Below are positions 61,807 to 64,000 of a stretch of DNA of 64,000 bases, piece by piece (position 1 is the stretch's first letter; the number at the start of each line of letters is the position of its first letter). Below the pieces are notes generated by a model that worked only from the letters and a program-made list of their open reading frames with translations, had not been told where the DNA came from and did not search any database. The position numbers were made by a program, and so were the translations under genes. The stretch is taken from contig MU271283.1 of the NCBI GenBank assembly GCA_021432655.1, positions 1 through 64,000 of the forward strand. Reading direction: 5' to 3'. Origin of the DNA: Atractiella rhizophila. Taxonomy: Eukaryota.

Positions 61807-64000
61807 ATGGCTACAAGGCGAGCGACGCATGCTGGATCTTGGTACAGCGATTCTCGTGCGTGTTTCCACTTCCGTCAATGCTTCTGGTCTCGCACCCCTG
61901 GTGACGATAGATGCTCTGTGATTTGCGGCCCTGAATGTTATGTGATGGCTCACAACTATTCATGGCTTGAATTTCGTCACGTCCCTTGCTAAGTCTAGCA
62001 GCCAGCTTAGCGGGCGACCTGTTTACAAAATCACTTTTTGCCGCCTCTTCTCTTGAAGAGCATAAGTGCATCCTTGGGATGCAATACTTTACGTTGGAGA
62101 GTATGAGGTCTTGAAAAAATGGTTGTTTCCTTCTTTCTACCTGGAATAGCCCACCCCTGCATCAGTACTCTGACAGCAGCAAGTAACCTCTACCGTTGAG
62201 CCTGAGCTATCCTAAATATGCATACAGAGTCCGTCTAGCTCTTCGGTTCAGGTCACATTCATTTGACTAAGTGGCCAAAATGGTATTACACACCGCAAGG
62301 CATTCCACGACTCATTTTCAGCTAATGTGGATTTATATAACCTGAACATTTCGAACTCGTTTCCTCTCCTTATCAAACCGCAATATATGACTTCATGACC
62401 TGCACGGAAGTATTATCACGTGTCATAAATTGGAATATCAGAGAGCTGTACATATGCAATGGGGACAGATCAATCAAACAGCATATAATTGCTGCAACCC
62501 TCCCATCAAAAGGCGTGCGTTGCACAAGAAAAGTCGGCAGCAAAGCAGCAATCATACATTCAATGCCCTTATGCCCTGATTATTGATTTGTGTCCCGGTC
62601 TACATTATCCCCCCTCCGTTCTCTTTATCAGATTTCATCCCCGGCTGTGACACAGCATGTTTGAGGAACCTGCAGATAATTGGGGGGTAAATGAGGTGGA
62701 GTCTTGGTAAATCTCTATCCTTCTTGCCACCTTGAGCTCGATCTTCTTTGGAATGATTGTGAACCGTTCCGCACCAGGATGAAGACTCGTGTATGAGGAT
62801 TGTCAGGTCATGCCTTCTTTAGGTCCTTTTCAGCAGAAAAGCATCAGATTTGGTTCATTCCCTTCAGGTTAATATGATTAACGTGTTATTCTTGTCAATC
62901 GAATTCTCCCTGTTTCGATTAGCATTTTCCTACCTGCTGATATTTGTAAGCCGTTGGACTGATCGTCATTTCTGCCCACTTCCGCTGGATACAGCATCGG
63001 GTCTCTCCTCTATGCTCTCGGGATTCCTAGCCGCCACTTCCGCATCAACAATTACCTTTCCAGTACCTGGCACCAAGGCGGTCATTGCTCCGTTGGTCCC
63101 TCTCTCTATTCATACTTCTTCTTTTTCAATGTAGCATACTGAGTGTGGGCCTTGATGATGTGGCAGGCACGCTGGATACGATTATTCTGGACCAACAGCA
63201 GCATGGGCATATGCCGCGTTCGAAGTGGAAAAGATGTGTGTTTATCGTTTGATGTCATTTCTCCACAACTAATACATGCACGCATTATGATAGAAAGAGG
63301 ATTTTTATCCTTGGACCTTCTCATCATGTTTACATTCCCGGCTGCGCGCTTTCAGCATGCTCTTCCTACGCAACTCCAATTGGGGACCTGCCCCTCGATC
63401 TCCCCAGTGCGCTATCCTTCCTTTTCATCTGTTTCTGTCCCTTTGTTATCTATGAACATATGCGTCTGCAGTCATCTCATCGCTACGTTCAACGGGGAAA
63501 TTTGAGGATCTCAGCAAAAGGGACGACGAAGCGGAGCACTCCCTCGAATTACACCTTCCTTACCTGGTCCACATCTTTAAAATCCACGACCTCCCTCCTC
63601 CGCCAATAGTTCCAATAGTAGTTGGGGCAGTGTCATTTGAGAAAGAGAAGGAATATGGGGCTCTCCTTGCGCCGTATCTACAAGAAGAGGGAACGGTTGC
63701 AGTCGTTAGCAGCGATTTTTGTCATTGGTGTGTCCCACCTTCCTCCCCCTGTCAAATATTAATGATGAGCATAGGGGACGACGTTTTGATTACACCCGAA
63801 GAGAAGAAGGAACCCCCATCTGGCAATCCATTGCGTCTTTAGATCGCAATGGGATGAATGCTATCGCTTTCCCCAATCCCCAAGTCTCTCTGGAGACACC
63901 TCAGACGGGGGAATACTTTTCTTCCCTTCCATCCCTCCACTCATCCTCTTCATCGAAGACGGCGAGAGAAGCCCACGAAGAGTTCAAAGCCTATCTGAAG
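61807..64000 (+). CDS. MEMO1: MEMO1/Mho1 family protein (runs off the window end)
   Basis: [82 protein letters not shown]. Confidence 0.95.

Overview
Intron-dense fungal DNA, most likely basidiomycete (short GT-AG introns with CTRAC-type branch sites). Recognisable genes: an allantoate-family MFS permease, SPP1/CXXC1, a Pcf11 C-terminus-only protein, a split 7-TM membrane protein, a divergent linker-histone (H15) domain protein, RPS3/CWC2 (head-to-head), a family-1 UDP-glycosyltransferase, a DH-PH RhoGEF and CTR9/MEMO1 (head-to-head). Four duplications occupy much of the window: 10171-10648/17560-18037, 20564-32285/32311-40056, 40617-43792/43794-46983 and 47258-48851/48853-50272. Their junctions (a 25-N gap, or one unmatched A) and the pattern of synonymous SNPs plus homopolymer indels suggest two haplotypes assembled in tandem rather than true paralogues. 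The most interesting biology: (i) a composite Helitron (13672-16375) with exact A|TC...CTTG|T ends, made of a deleted RepHel element joined head-to-tail to a 231-bp mini-element; (ii) a locally amplified, decaying unknown gene family (here 'family X', 4 copies plus a distant homologue); and (iii) a strongly diverged presence/absence block between the two apparent haplotypes, carrying a head-to-head pair of a SAM-like-domain gene and family X. All calls were made by eye; no database searches were run.
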